Shown one piece after another: positions 42,863-51,963 of a stretch of DNA of 64,000 nt. The translations under genes were made by a program, and so were the position numbers. The stretch covers positions 495,117-559,116 of the forward strand of contig CAWFQK010000001.1 in assembly GCA_963817955.1 (NCBI GenBank). Direction: 5' to 3'. Every line of letters begins with the position of its first letter. The first letter of the stretch is position 1. Source of the stretch: an uncultured Gemmatimonadaceae bacterium. Lineage in GTDB: Bacteria > Gemmatimonadota > Gemmatimonadetes > Gemmatimonadales > Gemmatimonadaceae. The notes beneath the pieces are model-generated. The model made no database searches, was not told the origin of the DNA, and saw only the letters and a program-made list of their open reading frames with translations.

Positions 42863-43198
42863 TAATTTCCCGCGCCCGGAGGACCCTCGCTCTCCGCCCG
42901 CAACCGCTCTATCTCGAGCCGCGAGAGCATCGTACTCTTCGATCTTCCGTGCCAAAAAATGTCGCGTGAGCTCGGACTTGGCGGCGACGCCATCAGGAGT
43001 GAGGAGGTAGACGTAGCCTCGTTTGTGCGAGCTGTTGGAGAAATTCTGGACCTTCACGAATCCCTTGCCGAGCAGCGCTCTCAGCAGGTAGTTCGCTTTT
43101 CCGAGACTCATCCCAAGCTCATGCGCCATTTCGCGTTGCGTGCGGCTGGGGCTCGTACCGAGAAGTCGGAGGATGCCCAGAAGCGAAGAGTCGTTCAT
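42862..43198 (-). CDS. EPS-associated MarR family transcriptional regulator
   Basis: TQREMAHELGMSLGKANYLLRALLGKGFVK..NF..YVYLLTPDGVAAK..FLARKIEEYDAL. One extra base near 42922; removing it gives RLEIERLR..* ending at 42862. Confidence 0.88.
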
Positions 43199-43224
43199 GG
43201 GCTGCGGCTGGAACTGAGGGAGGG

Positions 43225-43243
43225 ATGTTCAACGCGTGAACAT
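43225..43243. promoter_or_regulatory. Palindromic operator ATGTTCA-N5-TGAACAT, copy 1
   Basis: Perfect 7-bp inverted repeat 26 bp upstream of the MarR ATG; conserved at 47629-47647. Confidence 0.7.
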
Positions 43244-43299
43244 ACGGAGATCGCTCGCCGCCGTCAAGATAACGGAAGCCGGATCAGACGCCAGCGGAT

Positions 43300-43491
43300 T
43301 GCTGTCGAAGTGGAGGGCGTTCGTTCGTGAGCGACAGGTCGTCACGTCCGATGGCAAACTCCCCCGCATTGACCTGCCCGGTGTACTTCGGTTGGCGTCA
43401 CGTGCGCACCCATGAAGAACCCACGGCCGTCGCCGAACACCTTTGGCTCGATCAATCGCACGCCAGAAAGGCTCGTCTCTGTGACCTTCAT
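43300..43491 (-). pseudogene. rmlC: Truncated dTDP-4-dehydrorhamnose 3,5-epimerase
   Basis: [26 protein letters not shown], then degenerate (..SRTNALHF); only about a third of the gene remains. Confidence 0.82.
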
Positions 43492-44374
43492 GCTCGGCCG
43501 CGCTCCGCGATGAGGCCACGCAGGTAGCACCCATATCCGCTCTTGCCCAATCGCTCAGACAGTCGATCGAGCTGTGCGTCGTCGATGTACCCGAGACGCC
43601 ACGCGATCTCCTCGGGTGAGGCGATCTTCAGGCCCTGTCGCTTCTCGATAGTCTGCACGAAGGCCGACGCATCCTGAAGCGAGTCGTGCGTGCCCGTGTC
43701 GAGCCAGGCCATCCCGCGGCCCATCAGCTCCATGCGAAGTTGCCCGCGGCGCAGATACTCGAGGTTCACATCGGTGATCTCGTATTCGCCGCGTGCCGAG
43801 GGTTTCAGTGCCGCAGCGATCTCCACGACAGCCTCGTCGTAGAAGTACAACCCGGTGACGGCATAACTGGACTTCGGGGTCGCCGGCTTCTCCTCAATGG
43901 ACAGGACACGGCCAGCCGAGTCGAACTGCGCGACGCCGTAGCGTTCCGGATCGGTGACGTGATACCCGAAGACCGTTGCACCACTGCCCTGCGCTGACGC
44001 TCGGCGCAGTTGATCGACGAGGCCGGTGCCGTAGAAGATATTGTCGCCGAGGATCAACGCCGAACTCTGGCCGGCGAGGAACTCGCGCCCGATCACAAAA
44101 GCTTGGGCGAGACCGTTCGGCGTGGCTTGTTCGGCGTAGTAAAGCGCATGCCCCACTGCGCGCCATCACCGAGCAGCTCACGAAAGCGCGGCAGGTCGGC
44201 AGGCGTGGAAATGATCAGAATCTCCCGCATTCCCGCCAGCATCAGCGTGGAGAGGGGATAGTAGATCATCGGTTTGTCGTACACCGGCAGCAACTGCTTG
44301 CTGACGACGAGGGTGACCGGGTGAAGGCGGCTCCCCGCGCCGCCAGCGAGAATGATTCCCTTGCGGCTGGTCAC
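43488..44374 (-). CDS. rmlA: Glucose-1-phosphate thymidylyltransferase (one apparent frameshift near 44140)
   Basis: [31 protein letters not shown] in one frame; [28 protein letters not shown] in another. Confidence 0.92.
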
Positions 44375-45429
44375 GCGTCTGCTCCGAGTCCAAGCCGCTG
44401 GCCCTGGTAGGCGCCAGACTGTACGCGCGCCGCCCACTGCTGATTGTCGAGGTACCATTCCACCGTCTTGAGCAGTCCGGTGTCGAAGGTCTCGCGAGGC
44501 GCCCAACCCAACTCGCGCGTAATCTTCGTGGCATCGATCGCGTAGCGCGCGTCATGGCCAGGGCGATCTGTGACGAACGTGATGAGCCGCTCCTGCGGCA
44601 CATCGTGCGGATCAAGCTCGTCCACGAGCGCGCAGATGCGCCGGACGACGTCGATGTTCCGCCATTCATTGTCGCCGCCAACATTGTACGTCTCGCCAGG
44701 AAGGCCGCGCTCGATGACGGTGCGCAGCGCACGCGCGTGGTCGTCGACGAACAGCCAGTCGCGCACATTTTCGCCTGCGCCATAGACTGGCAGGGGCCTT
44801 TTCGCCAGCGCGTTCTGTATGGTGAGCGGAATCAGCTTCTCCGGGAAATGATACGGGCCGTAGTTGTTCGAGCAATTGGTCGTGATCGCCGGCAATCCGT
44901 AAGTGTGGTGCCATGCCCGCACGAGATGGTCTGAGCCGGCCTTGCTCGCCGAGTAGGGAGACTTCGGGGCATAGCGCGTCTCTTCTGTGAACCAGCCGTC
45001 GCGTCCCAGAGAGCCGAACACCTCATCGGTGGAAACATGCACAAAGCGAAAGGCGCCCTGCGCTGAGGTTGGGAGCGACCGATAATGCCGAAGGCTTTCC
45101 TGCAGCAGGACGAATGTTCCGACGACGTTCGTCTGGATGAAGACGCCGGGTCCGTCGATCGAACGATCGACGTGGGACTCCGCCGCGAGATGAATTACAG
45201 CATCCGGACGGTGGCGCTCGAAGCAGGCGCGCAGGCCCGACGCATCACAGATGTCGAGATGCTCGAAGCTGTATCGTGAGTCGAGGTCGGCGCCGGGAAG
45301 CGATTCCAGATTGCCGGCATAGGTAAGTTTGTCGACGTTGACGACGCGATGGCTGGTTTCGCGTAGCAACATGCGCACGAGTGCGGAGCCGATGAATCCA
45401 GCCCCTCCGGTAACTAGCCAGGTTGTCAT
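44371..45429 (-). CDS. rmlB: dTDP-glucose 4,6-dehydratase
   Basis: [49 protein letters not shown]. Confidence 0.95.
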   Translation of the reverse strand: MTTWLVTGGAGFIGSALVRMLLRETSHRVVNVDKLTYAGNLESLPGADLDSRYSFEHLDICDASGLRACFERHRPDAVIHLAAESHVDRSIDGPGVFIQTNVVGTFVLLQESLRHYRSLPTSAQGAFRFVHVSTDEVFGSLGRDGWFTEETRYAPKSPYSASKAGSDHLVRAWHHTYGLPAITTNCSNNYGPYHFPEKLIPLTIQNALAKRPLPVYGAGENVRDWLFVDDHARALRTVIERGLPGETYNVGGDNEWRNIDVVRRICALVDELDPHDVPQERLITFVTDRPGHDARYAIDATKITRELGWAPRETFDTGLLKTVEWYLDNQQWAARVQSGAYQGQRLGLGADA

Positions 45430-46313
45430 TGCACTCGCGGGGTCATAGCGGGGGAGAACGCGCCTTCGAGGAGCGCGCGGGCACGGCGACAATTTGCTGT
45501 CGCCACGTACCTGACGAGATGCACCATGCGCGTAGGATCGACCACGCGGCAAACCTGAAACGCTCGATAATTCCGTAATGCCGCGCGACCACGCGCCGGC
45601 AATTCTTGTCTCGTAACCGAATCTGGTTCGGCGTTGGCGGTGCCGCGCGTCCAATCCGGTGCAGCACGCGGGCGGACGGCTCGTACAACAGCGAATAGCC
45701 TGCCCGGGTCAGCCACATCGAGAGTTCGACGTCCTCCACGTATGTGAAGAAACGCTCATCAAATACCCCGACGGCCCGCAACACGTCTGCGCGAATGAGA
45801 AAGCAGCAGCCACAAACAAACGTCACAGGCATGCGCTGTTGCGTGGGGTCGCTCGGTAGGTTCTCCAGGAAATGTGTCGGCTGAACTCGTGTCGGAGACA
45901 CCGTGCCGCCGCCGTACCAGACGATATTGGGCTCGTCGTAATACAAGATCTGCGGCGCCACCGCGGCGGCACCCGTATCTTCCCGCCGCACGTACCAACC
46001 TGCTGACACACTCTCGATCGATCTCGGTGTCGTCGTTCAGCACAAGCAGGTACTCACTGCCGCGCGCCAACGCCCATTCTATTCCGCGGTTGTTCCCGGC
46101 AGTGTACCCGCCATTGACCGCAGCTTTCAGGAAGCTCGTTGCCGGAAAACGGGCATGCAGCCGGTCACCCGAGCCGTCTGGCGATGCGTTGTCCACCAGC
46201 AACACCGTGAGGGCATCGTAGTCCGACTTGCCCAGCGACTCGAGACAAGCCGCGGCCTCGGCTTCGTTGCAGTAGGTGAGAACTATGGCGGTGACGCGTT
46301 TACCAGCAGCCAC
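45426..46313 (-). CDS. GT2 glycosyltransferase (WbbL-like), two apparent frameshifts
   Basis: [20 protein letters not shown] / [18 protein letters not shown], split over three frames. Confidence 0.8.
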
Positions 46314-46907
46314 TAGGCGATATCCAGCAAGACCTTCACGGTCCGCAAGACGATTCGCAGATCAGCCGTGAGCCGCCAGTGACGGACGTACGACAATTCA
46401 ATGTCACAACGCTCCGGATAACCCACGCCGTGCCGTCCACTGACCGCCCATGCACCAGTGAGTCCAGGGCGCGCCGACAGCAAGAGGTCAGCCGAGTTGC
46501 CATACATGTGCAACTCGTCCTCGACAATCGGGCGCGGCCCGACGAGCGACATGTCCCCCAGCAGCACGTTCCAGAGCTGGGGAAGCTCGTCGAGACTGGA
46601 CTTGCGCAGAGAACTTTCCGAGTTTCGTGGTGCGCGGGTCGCGATCTTCGGGAATCTTGAAATGGTTCCGTCGGTATTCCTCGTACAGCGCAGGATCGCT
46701 CTTGAGCTGCTCTTCGGCATCGAGCGCCATCGTTCGGAGCTTGAGACAATTGAACAGCTTCCCGCGATACCCTACGCGGCGGTGGGCGAAGATCGGGCGG
46801 CCGGGCGACTCGAGGCACACCAGAGCGGCCAGCACCGCGATGACCGGCGCGGCCACGATCAGGCTCGCGCTCGCACCGGCCACGTCGATGATGCGTTTCA
46901 GGGCCAA
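46313..46907 (-). CDS. Bac_transf priming sugar-phosphate transferase (WbaP/WcaJ C-terminal family), frameshift near 46612
   Basis: LKRIIDV, KLRTM, DPRTT / LRKSSLDELPQLWNVL.GDMSLVGPRP, RPGLTG. Confidence 0.87.
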
Positions 46908-46934
46908 CGCCCATCGTCAGGCGACCAACGCTGA

Positions 46935-47523
46935 TTACTCACTTGCTGAAAAGAGCGCCGCAGTAGTTCTGATGGCCGGCTGCTTGACCTTCGCGGCCTT
47001 GACCAGCGCCGACCCAATTGTGAACGCGACCCCCCGCCCAATCTCAGCCACCCAAAGCACCAGCTGGCGTCCGCTCCGCCGCTCGCGCACGATCCCGCGC
47101 ACTCCGCGGAGCACGCCCTCCTGCACGATCACTTCATCGCCCGGTGCGTAGTCGACGCTCTCAGTAACAGCTTCGGGCGCGGCACCCTCGCGTCCGATCG
47201 CGTCGCGCAGTGAGGTAGACAAAGCTGTCGGCAAGAAGCGCTGGCTTCCCGCGCTCCGTGATCACAGTCAGAACCCCTGGAGTCCGAAGAATCTGATGCC
47301 AGTCCGCATTGGTAGCCCGGGCAAAGAGATAGCCCGGGAAAAGCGGACACTCGACTTCCCGCCAGCGGTCACTCCAGCGGTGACGCTCCTTCACGATGGG
47401 AAGCCACGGGGACAGCCCGAGCGCCGCGATCCGCTTCTCGACCTTCTTCTCGGCTCGCGATTCGGCCCAGATCACGAACCACGAGTCAGTCTGAGCTTCA
47501 GGAGAATCGGTATTCTGAATCAT
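46935..47523 (-). CDS. NusG paralogue (UpxY/RfaH-like antiterminator), copy 2, frameshift near 47217
   Basis: Close paralogue of 42242-42784 with the same NGN and KOW motifs. Confidence 0.85.
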
Positions 47524-47647
47524 GGCATACCCAAGTGCATGGTCAGTCACAGAACGTGACGAACCAAGAAAAATACCGTGACGAATCCAGCGAGGTACGC
47601 CCGGGCCGCCGCTGGAGCTGAGGGAGGGATGTTCAACGCATGAACAT
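47524..47647 (-). promoter_or_regulatory. Second copy of leader and operator (ATGTTCA-N5-TGAACAT at 47629-47647; CGTGACGAA at 47555 and 47577)
   Basis: Aligns to 42785-42862 joined directly to 43199-43243. Confidence 0.7.
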
Positions 47648-47661
47648 ATGAAGAGATTGCT

Positions 47662-49867
47662 TTACGCGGCGATTCGCAACTGCACCGGTGCGTAGGACTG
47701 GACTTCTCTCACCACGGCGTCCCGGACGTCAACTCTCTCGCCTTCGTCCACCACTTCAATTACTACGGAGAACGATTGGGCGAAGTCGGCCGCCAGGTCG
47801 CCACGTGTCATCAGGCGCAAGCGCAACTCCCACTCGCCTGCCGCGTAACCTCCTCGAAACGAGTGCTGAAACTGGAACAGAGGATTCCATGGATAGAGAG
47901 CGTCGTCCTCGTCACCACCTATTGCCACGTCTCTCAATCCAGCCGCGGCTCTCTTTCGGAGAAGCCCCGCAATTCGACATAACGAGTAATCCACAGAGTC
48001 ATCGAGGCTAACGGGCGGATCAAATACGACTGTTCCCCTCACCGTGAGCCTTGTTCCAGGAGTATCCGCAAGGGCCTGTGGGACGTGAAACGGAATGAAG
48101 AGGTAGTGATCCTTCGGTATGGTTCCGCTGAATAGGTATGCGGTACCGTGATCGCTCGCGAACATCGCGCCGTCGATGCTCGGTTCTCCAAAACCGCAGA
48201 AGTCATGGTCGGTCAGCGGGGCGCCAGGCGCCGGGCAAAAGACCGGCTGAGTGAAATGACAAATGAGCGCGCGAACTAGGTTGGGCGTCGCGTCAGGGTA
48301 TGCGTCGAACAATCGCGCGGCGAACTGCGAGACCAACGGCGCGGAATAGCTCGTACCGGTTGCGTACGCGAGGTGCGTGCCCCGCTGGTCGAGCCCATAG
48401 GCTGCCACCCGCGGCGTGGTTGTCCAGTCAAGCCCGTTCCAAATCACATTGCCGCCGTGCGTGACTACTTCAGGCTTCAGCCCCAGATCGGCACCGGGGC
48501 CGCGCCTCGAATATGGCGCGATCTCTTGCACCCGCGCGACGCAATTCGCCTCAGAAAAACTTTGCTATGGAACCGACGGTCAACGAGAGCAGCGATTCCG
48601 AGGGCGAGTACAATCGCGCGAGCGGTGTCAGATAGTGGCTCGGCGGCGCGGCTACCGGGGTTTCGATGTTTCCCGCTGATATGACGAAGAGCACCTGGTG
48701 TTCACGCGACAGGAAATCAATTAGTCGAGCCACCGCTGAGTAGCGGCCATCCGCAATTGGAGCGATGCCGAGCGAAAGATTGAAGACCCTGGTGTCCTGG
48801 GCCACAACGGGCACGACCCGCTCCAGTATTTCGCCGAGCTTCGCAGCCCGTTGCGTGATCCTATTTCCAAGCGCATCGCGGCCAGTCACTTGGATATCAA
48901 TTACCGGGCACCACGGGCGAGCGCGTCGCGTAAGAACACTGGTGATTTCGTCGCCGTAGACCACCCTACTCGCGACGAATGTCCCATGAACCATATGCGG
49001 TCCCGTGCTGCCGGGCGGCAGTTCATCAATCGCGCGCAGCACGAGTCCAGCGAGAAGCGCGGACCCAGCGTTAACACCGGAATCGATTACGGCGACGGGA
49101 GTTTGGCACCGTACACGGTCCACTTGGATGATCTGCGGGATCTCGTCCGCTTGAACGGCCGCTTCCAGAACAATCTCTCCGTTCGACTCGATGCTGCGAA
49201 CGAACATGTATTGTTCGCTAATCTGTTGCATCTCGGGTGGAGTCAGGTCAGCCGCGACAGCAACCGACCCGTTTACGAAGCGGTGAATGGTCACGTCCTG
49301 CTTGCCCATTTCCCGAAGGTCAGTGGCCAAGCGGTCGGCCACGGTTCGCTTCATCTCTTCGGGAAGCGAGCCGAATAAGGTGATCAAGCAACTCACTTCG
49401 GCGGCCTGATCGGCATGTGCCAAGGCGGGTTGAACCTTCCGCTCAACACCAACGGGCGTGATCATCTCGATCGCACCGAAATTTCCTTTTCCGACGTGTT
49501 TCGACGAGTCCGCGTAGCGGTCCAGCTTCCCCGAGAACCTCGGTAAGGCGCCCTTCGAGATGCGTGCGATAGCGACGTTCGCCGTCTTTTCCGAAAGAGC
49601 GACAACCTCGAAGCCTAAGTTCCGCAAATGCCGTCGCTCTTTGCCAACAGACCATCCTGGGGCAGTCGTTATCTGAACAATCAGATCCGTCGCGAGATCG
49701 AAGTCGCGCCGATCGGCGAATGCAGCGGCTGACCGATTGAAGACGTCCCGGAGAGCATGGCTGTGCGCGGCGAGATCTTCACGCTTGAAGGATTCTCCGC
49801 CGCGCCCTTTCACGACCGGCTGGGTGCGCGTTAGCGCTGCGGGAATCCAAAGGTGTGGAAGAGGCAT
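47662..49867 (-). CDS. S8 subtilisin-like serine protease (IetS-like), one apparent frameshift in a T5 run near 48555
   Basis: Catalytic triad VAVIDSGV, HGTFVAS and GTSYSAP; also NLSLG, ISAGN, KPEVV..GGN and GFG.P; long N-terminal pro-region. Confidence 0.85.
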
Positions 49868-49992
49868 GTAAACGATTCCGCAGTCGATAGCACGACAAGT
49901 AGGAGCTATGTCGGCGCCCGCGTTTTGTGTCGGGCACGTTTGGAGGGCGCAACCCGTCCAAACCTACGCTTCGGTTCGGAATTGGCTAGCCC

Positions 49993-50451
49993 GTGCGATC
50001 ATTAACGCGTTCTAATACAACTCATGACTCTATTGTCTTGCTGACACGGAGAGGCGGTATCCTTCAGGACCACTTCGAGACGTGTGGAAAGCGCTTCTCG
50101 TATCAGGTAGATTGGACAGTTTACGCTTCCACAACGGCCTGCCTTTCATTGTTGCGCTTGTTTGTACTACTAAGGACAGTCAACGGTCAAGCCGGCCTGC
50201 AACACTCAAACGACAGATCTCTGAGGATTCGGATGCCATCACAGGAACTAAAATCTCTGGCGTGTCTGGCCTGGAAGGAGTACGGCGACGCGATAACTGC
50301 AGCGTTTCGATGGACGCCTGGGTCGTTTGCCGACCCAGGAATCTTGGAGCGCCAGCTCCAGGGCACCGACGAATCGCTCACGCGGTTTATCGACTACGTA
50401 AAGGAGCAGACGCGTGAGATCAGCGAAATGAAATTCCTCGGCGAGGACTAG
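49993..50451 (+). CDS. Hypothetical protein (possibly a fragment)
   Basis: 152-aa ORF in an otherwise empty gap with a protein-like C-terminal half; no motif recognised. Confidence 0.35.
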   Translation: MRSLTRSNTTHDSIVLLTRRGGILQDHFETCGKRFSYQVDWTVYASTTACLSLLRLFVLLRTVNGQAGLQHSNDRSLRIRMPSQELKSLACLAWKEYGDAITAAFRWTPGSFADPGILERQLQGTDESLTRFIDYVKEQTREISEMKFLGED

Positions 50452-50597
50452 CAGGTGACACCCAGACGACATCGAGCTGGCGCCCCGATCAGCATGTCTC
50501 GAACTTCTCTGAAGTGCTAGATACAAGACGCCCAACCGTCATCCCCCGACTCGGAAGCATAGCGGAATCCTGAGCTTCGCAGTATACTTCTGAGTCC

Positions 50598-51950
50598 ATG
50601 GACCTCCTCGATCTGCTCAAGCGCCCGGAGGGCAAGACGCTGGAGTTCAAGCGGGATCTTTCCTCCCCTGACGGCGCCTTGAAGACCCTTGTCGCCTTCG
50701 CGAATACGGCCGGCGGCACATTGCTCGTGGGAGTGGAGGACCGCACCGCCCGCGTGCGCGGTGTGCAACATGCCCTCGAGGTCGAAGAGCGGATCGCAAG
50801 CCTCATTTCCGATTCCATCGCGCCGCGCCTTGCCCCCGACATCGAGATCCTCCCGTGGCGCCGCACCCAGCTCATCGCGGTTCAGGTTTACCCCAGCCCT
50901 GCCCGCCCGCACTACATCAAGCGTGACGGCGCGGAGACCGGGACGTACGTCCGCGTGGGCTCCACCAACCGCCGCGCCGATGCGGACATGATCCAGGAGC
51001 TTCGGCGTGTCGTGCGCGGCGAGAGTTTTGACGAGCAGGCGATGCCGGACCTCGACTCGGAAGCCCTCGACTTCCGAGCCGCTTCCGAGTCGTTCGCCCC
51101 CGTTCGCAAACTTGCGCGGCACGATCTCACGACGTTGCGCCTGGTCACGAACCACCAGGGACGCCGCGTACCAACCGTTGGAGGAATGCTCCTCTTCGGC
51201 GTGGACCGCGCGGCGCACTTTCCAGACGCGTGGATCCAGGTGGGGCGCTTCGCGGGAGTCAACAAGGCGCGCATCGCGGACCACGCAGAGCTCCGCGAGC
51301 TGCCGGTGCTCGCCATCGAACAGGCGATCCAGTTCATCGAGAAGCACTCCACCCACGGGGCGGAGATCGGGCGCGTCCGCCGCAAGGAACGCTGGAACCT
51401 TCCCCCCCTTGCCGTGCGGGAAGCGCTGATCAACGCCGTTGCGCATGCCGACTACTCGCAACGCGGCGCACCGATCCGCGTCTCCCTATTCGATGACCGA
51501 ATCGAGATCGAAAGCCCCGGGTTGCTCCCCTCTGGCCTCACGGTCGAAGACCTCGAGCGCGGCGTGTCAAAGCTGCGCAATCGCGTCATCGGCCGCGTCT
51601 TCCACGCACTCGGTCTGATCGAGCAATGGGGGAGCGGCGTGCAGCGGATGATTGCCGCGTGCCGCGAAGCGGGATTGGCGCCGCCGCGCTTCGAAGAGAT
51701 CGCCACGCGCTTTCGCGTGACGATCTACACTGAACCCGTGTCGCGCCCAGCGGTCGAGAAGACGGACTGGACGATACTGGAAACGCTGTCGGACGGGGAT
51801 GGCAAATTGACAAGCGAGATCGCGGCCGTCATCGGCCTCACGCCGCGCGCCACGCGCACGCGACTCGCTCGGCTGGTCGAGAGCGGCCTCCTGCGCGAAG
51901 TTGGCACGGGACCGCAGGATCCAAAACGACGCTACTTCCGCGTGAAGTGA
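50598..51950 (+). CDS. Schlafen/AlbA_2 + GHKL-type (HATPase_c_4) + winged-HTH protein
   Basis: EGKTLEFK, AFANTAGGTLLVGVED, YVRVGS, REALINAVAHADY, IESPG, RNRVI, IEQWGSG and a C-terminal wHTH. Confidence 0.88.
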   Translation: MDLLDLLKRPEGKTLEFKRDLSSPDGALKTLVAFANTAGGTLLVGVEDRTARVRGVQHALEVEERIASLISDSIAPRLAPDIEILPWRRTQLIAVQVYPSPARPHYIKRDGAETGTYVRVGSTNRRADADMIQELRRVVRGESFDEQAMPDLDSEALDFRAASESFAPVRKLARHDLTTLRLVTNHQGRRVPTVGGMLLFGVDRAAHFPDAWIQVGRFAGVNKARIADHAELRELPVLAIEQAIQFIEKHSTHGAEIGRVRRKERWNLPPLAVREALINAVAHADYSQRGAPIRVSLFDDRIEIESPGLLPSGLTVEDLERGVSKLRNRVIGRVFHALGLIEQWGSGVQRMIAACREAGLAPPRFEEIATRFRVTIYTEPVSRPAVEKTDWTILETLSDGDGKLTSEIAAVIGLTPRATRTRLARLVESGLLREVGTGPQDPKRRYFRVK

Positions 51951-51963
51951 GGAACAGGCAAAG

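Noticed and set aside
42785..42870. Canonical JUMPStart/ops element
   Set aside because: GGCGGTAG is absent; the closest matches (GGTCGTAG / GGGCGTAC) differ between the two cassette copies.
50598..51950. RecG helicase (a frequent automatic label for this family)
   Set aside because: No Walker A/DEAH helicase motifs; the architecture is AlbA_2 + HATPase_c_4 + wHTH.
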